Shown in pieces: positions 63,173-64,000 of a stretch of DNA of 64,000 nt. A program made the translations under genes and the position numbers. The notes under the pieces are model-generated. The model was not told the origin of the DNA. It saw nothing but the letters and a program-made list of their open reading frames with translations, and searched no databases. The stretch's first letter is position 1, and every line of letters starts with the position of its first letter. This stretch comes from Felis catus (Eukaryota), in the NCBI RefSeq assembly GCF_018350175.1, contig NC_058383.1:18912001-18976000 (forward strand), given 5' to 3'.

Positions 63173-63697
63173 GTAAGTTAGTCACTACAGGGCTTGAGTA
63201 GTCTTTGGGAATTGGAGCCTGCTCTTCCTACCACATCATGGCACGTGGGTTTTGTTTTATGTCCTTTGTTCCTTCATTACTGGAAAGTGAAGTCTGCACG
63301 GAATCTTACCACTTCCTTACTTGCCTTTAATCCCTAAACCCACAGCAATCTGGATTTTGACTTCATCCCCTCCTTGAAACATCTGGCAAAGGTTCCAGTA
63401 GCCTTCTCGCCAGTCGGGAGGAATTCGCCAGTATCCTTCGAGCTCTCTGCCGGTCTTGAACCTATCTTTTCTGTCTTTGCATCTCTGTTCTGTGTATATG
63501 ACTTTGATCTCTTTTTTGTCTCCTGTAAACTTTTACATAGTTTCATTTTGAAATCCAGTTGGAAAAGCCTCATTAGAGATGTTTGGACAAAGCCCGTAAA
63601 GCCTGAGGACATGAATCTCCAGTTTCAAAGGAGGCCTACCACTTCAATTTTTTGTTTTGGTTTGTTTTCATTTGGTATTTAAGACCAAATAAAAATG

Positions 63698-63925
63698 GGG
63701 GCGCCTGGGTGGCGCAGTCGGTTAAGCGTCCGACTTCAGCCAGGTCACGATCTCGCGGTCCGTGAGTTCGAGCCCCGCGTCAGGCTCTGGGCTGATGGCT
63801 CAGAGCCTGGAGCCTGTTTCCGATTCTGTGTCTCCCTCTCTCTCTGCCCCTCCCCCGTTCATGCTCTGTCTCTCTCTGTCCCAAAAATAAATAAACGTTG
63901 GAAAAAAAAAAATTAAAAAAAAAAA
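63698..63925 (+). mobile_element. Very young SINEC_Fc
   Basis: CpG-intact body; perfect 17-bp target-site duplication aagaccaaataaaaatg (63681-63697, 63926-63942). Confidence 0.95.
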
Positions 63926-64000
63926 AAGACCAAATAAAAATGATAGCGGCCATAACTATGAATTAGGTAATTCTTTAGAGTTTACATAGTAGCTTTACGT

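Overview
Mammalian genomic DNA, almost certainly a felid (cat family), judged from about 40 carnivore tRNA-derived SINEs including young SINEC_Fc-type copies. Ancient eutherian repeats (L2, MIR, L1M, MLT1/LTR16/LTR33 LTRs, MER5A, MER20, MER58A, Tigger-family elements) fill much of the rest. I see no prokaryotic systems, CRISPR arrays or RNA genes, and nearly all listed ORFs are repeat-derived or chance GC-rich frames. The window appears to hold the 5' ends of two divergent genes about 28 kb apart. (1) A minus-strand gene with a TATA-like/GC-box promoter near 8,990 and a GC-rich first exon of about 800 nt (about 8,970 to 8,163, donor GAG|GTCAGT). Its most protein-like frame has no AUG but has an ACG in strong Kozak context, while an overlapping AUG frame and a uORF share the exon. 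(2) A plus-strand gene with a CpG-island housekeeping promoter (YY1, Sp1, CCAAT, ETS) at about 36.3-37.6 kb, whose first exon ends exactly on ATG|GTAAGT (37,293-37,295), followed by a long intron with a candidate 76-nt exon at 63,097-63,172. I could not name either gene from memory. Repeat family names come from recalled consensus motifs and their boundaries are approximate.
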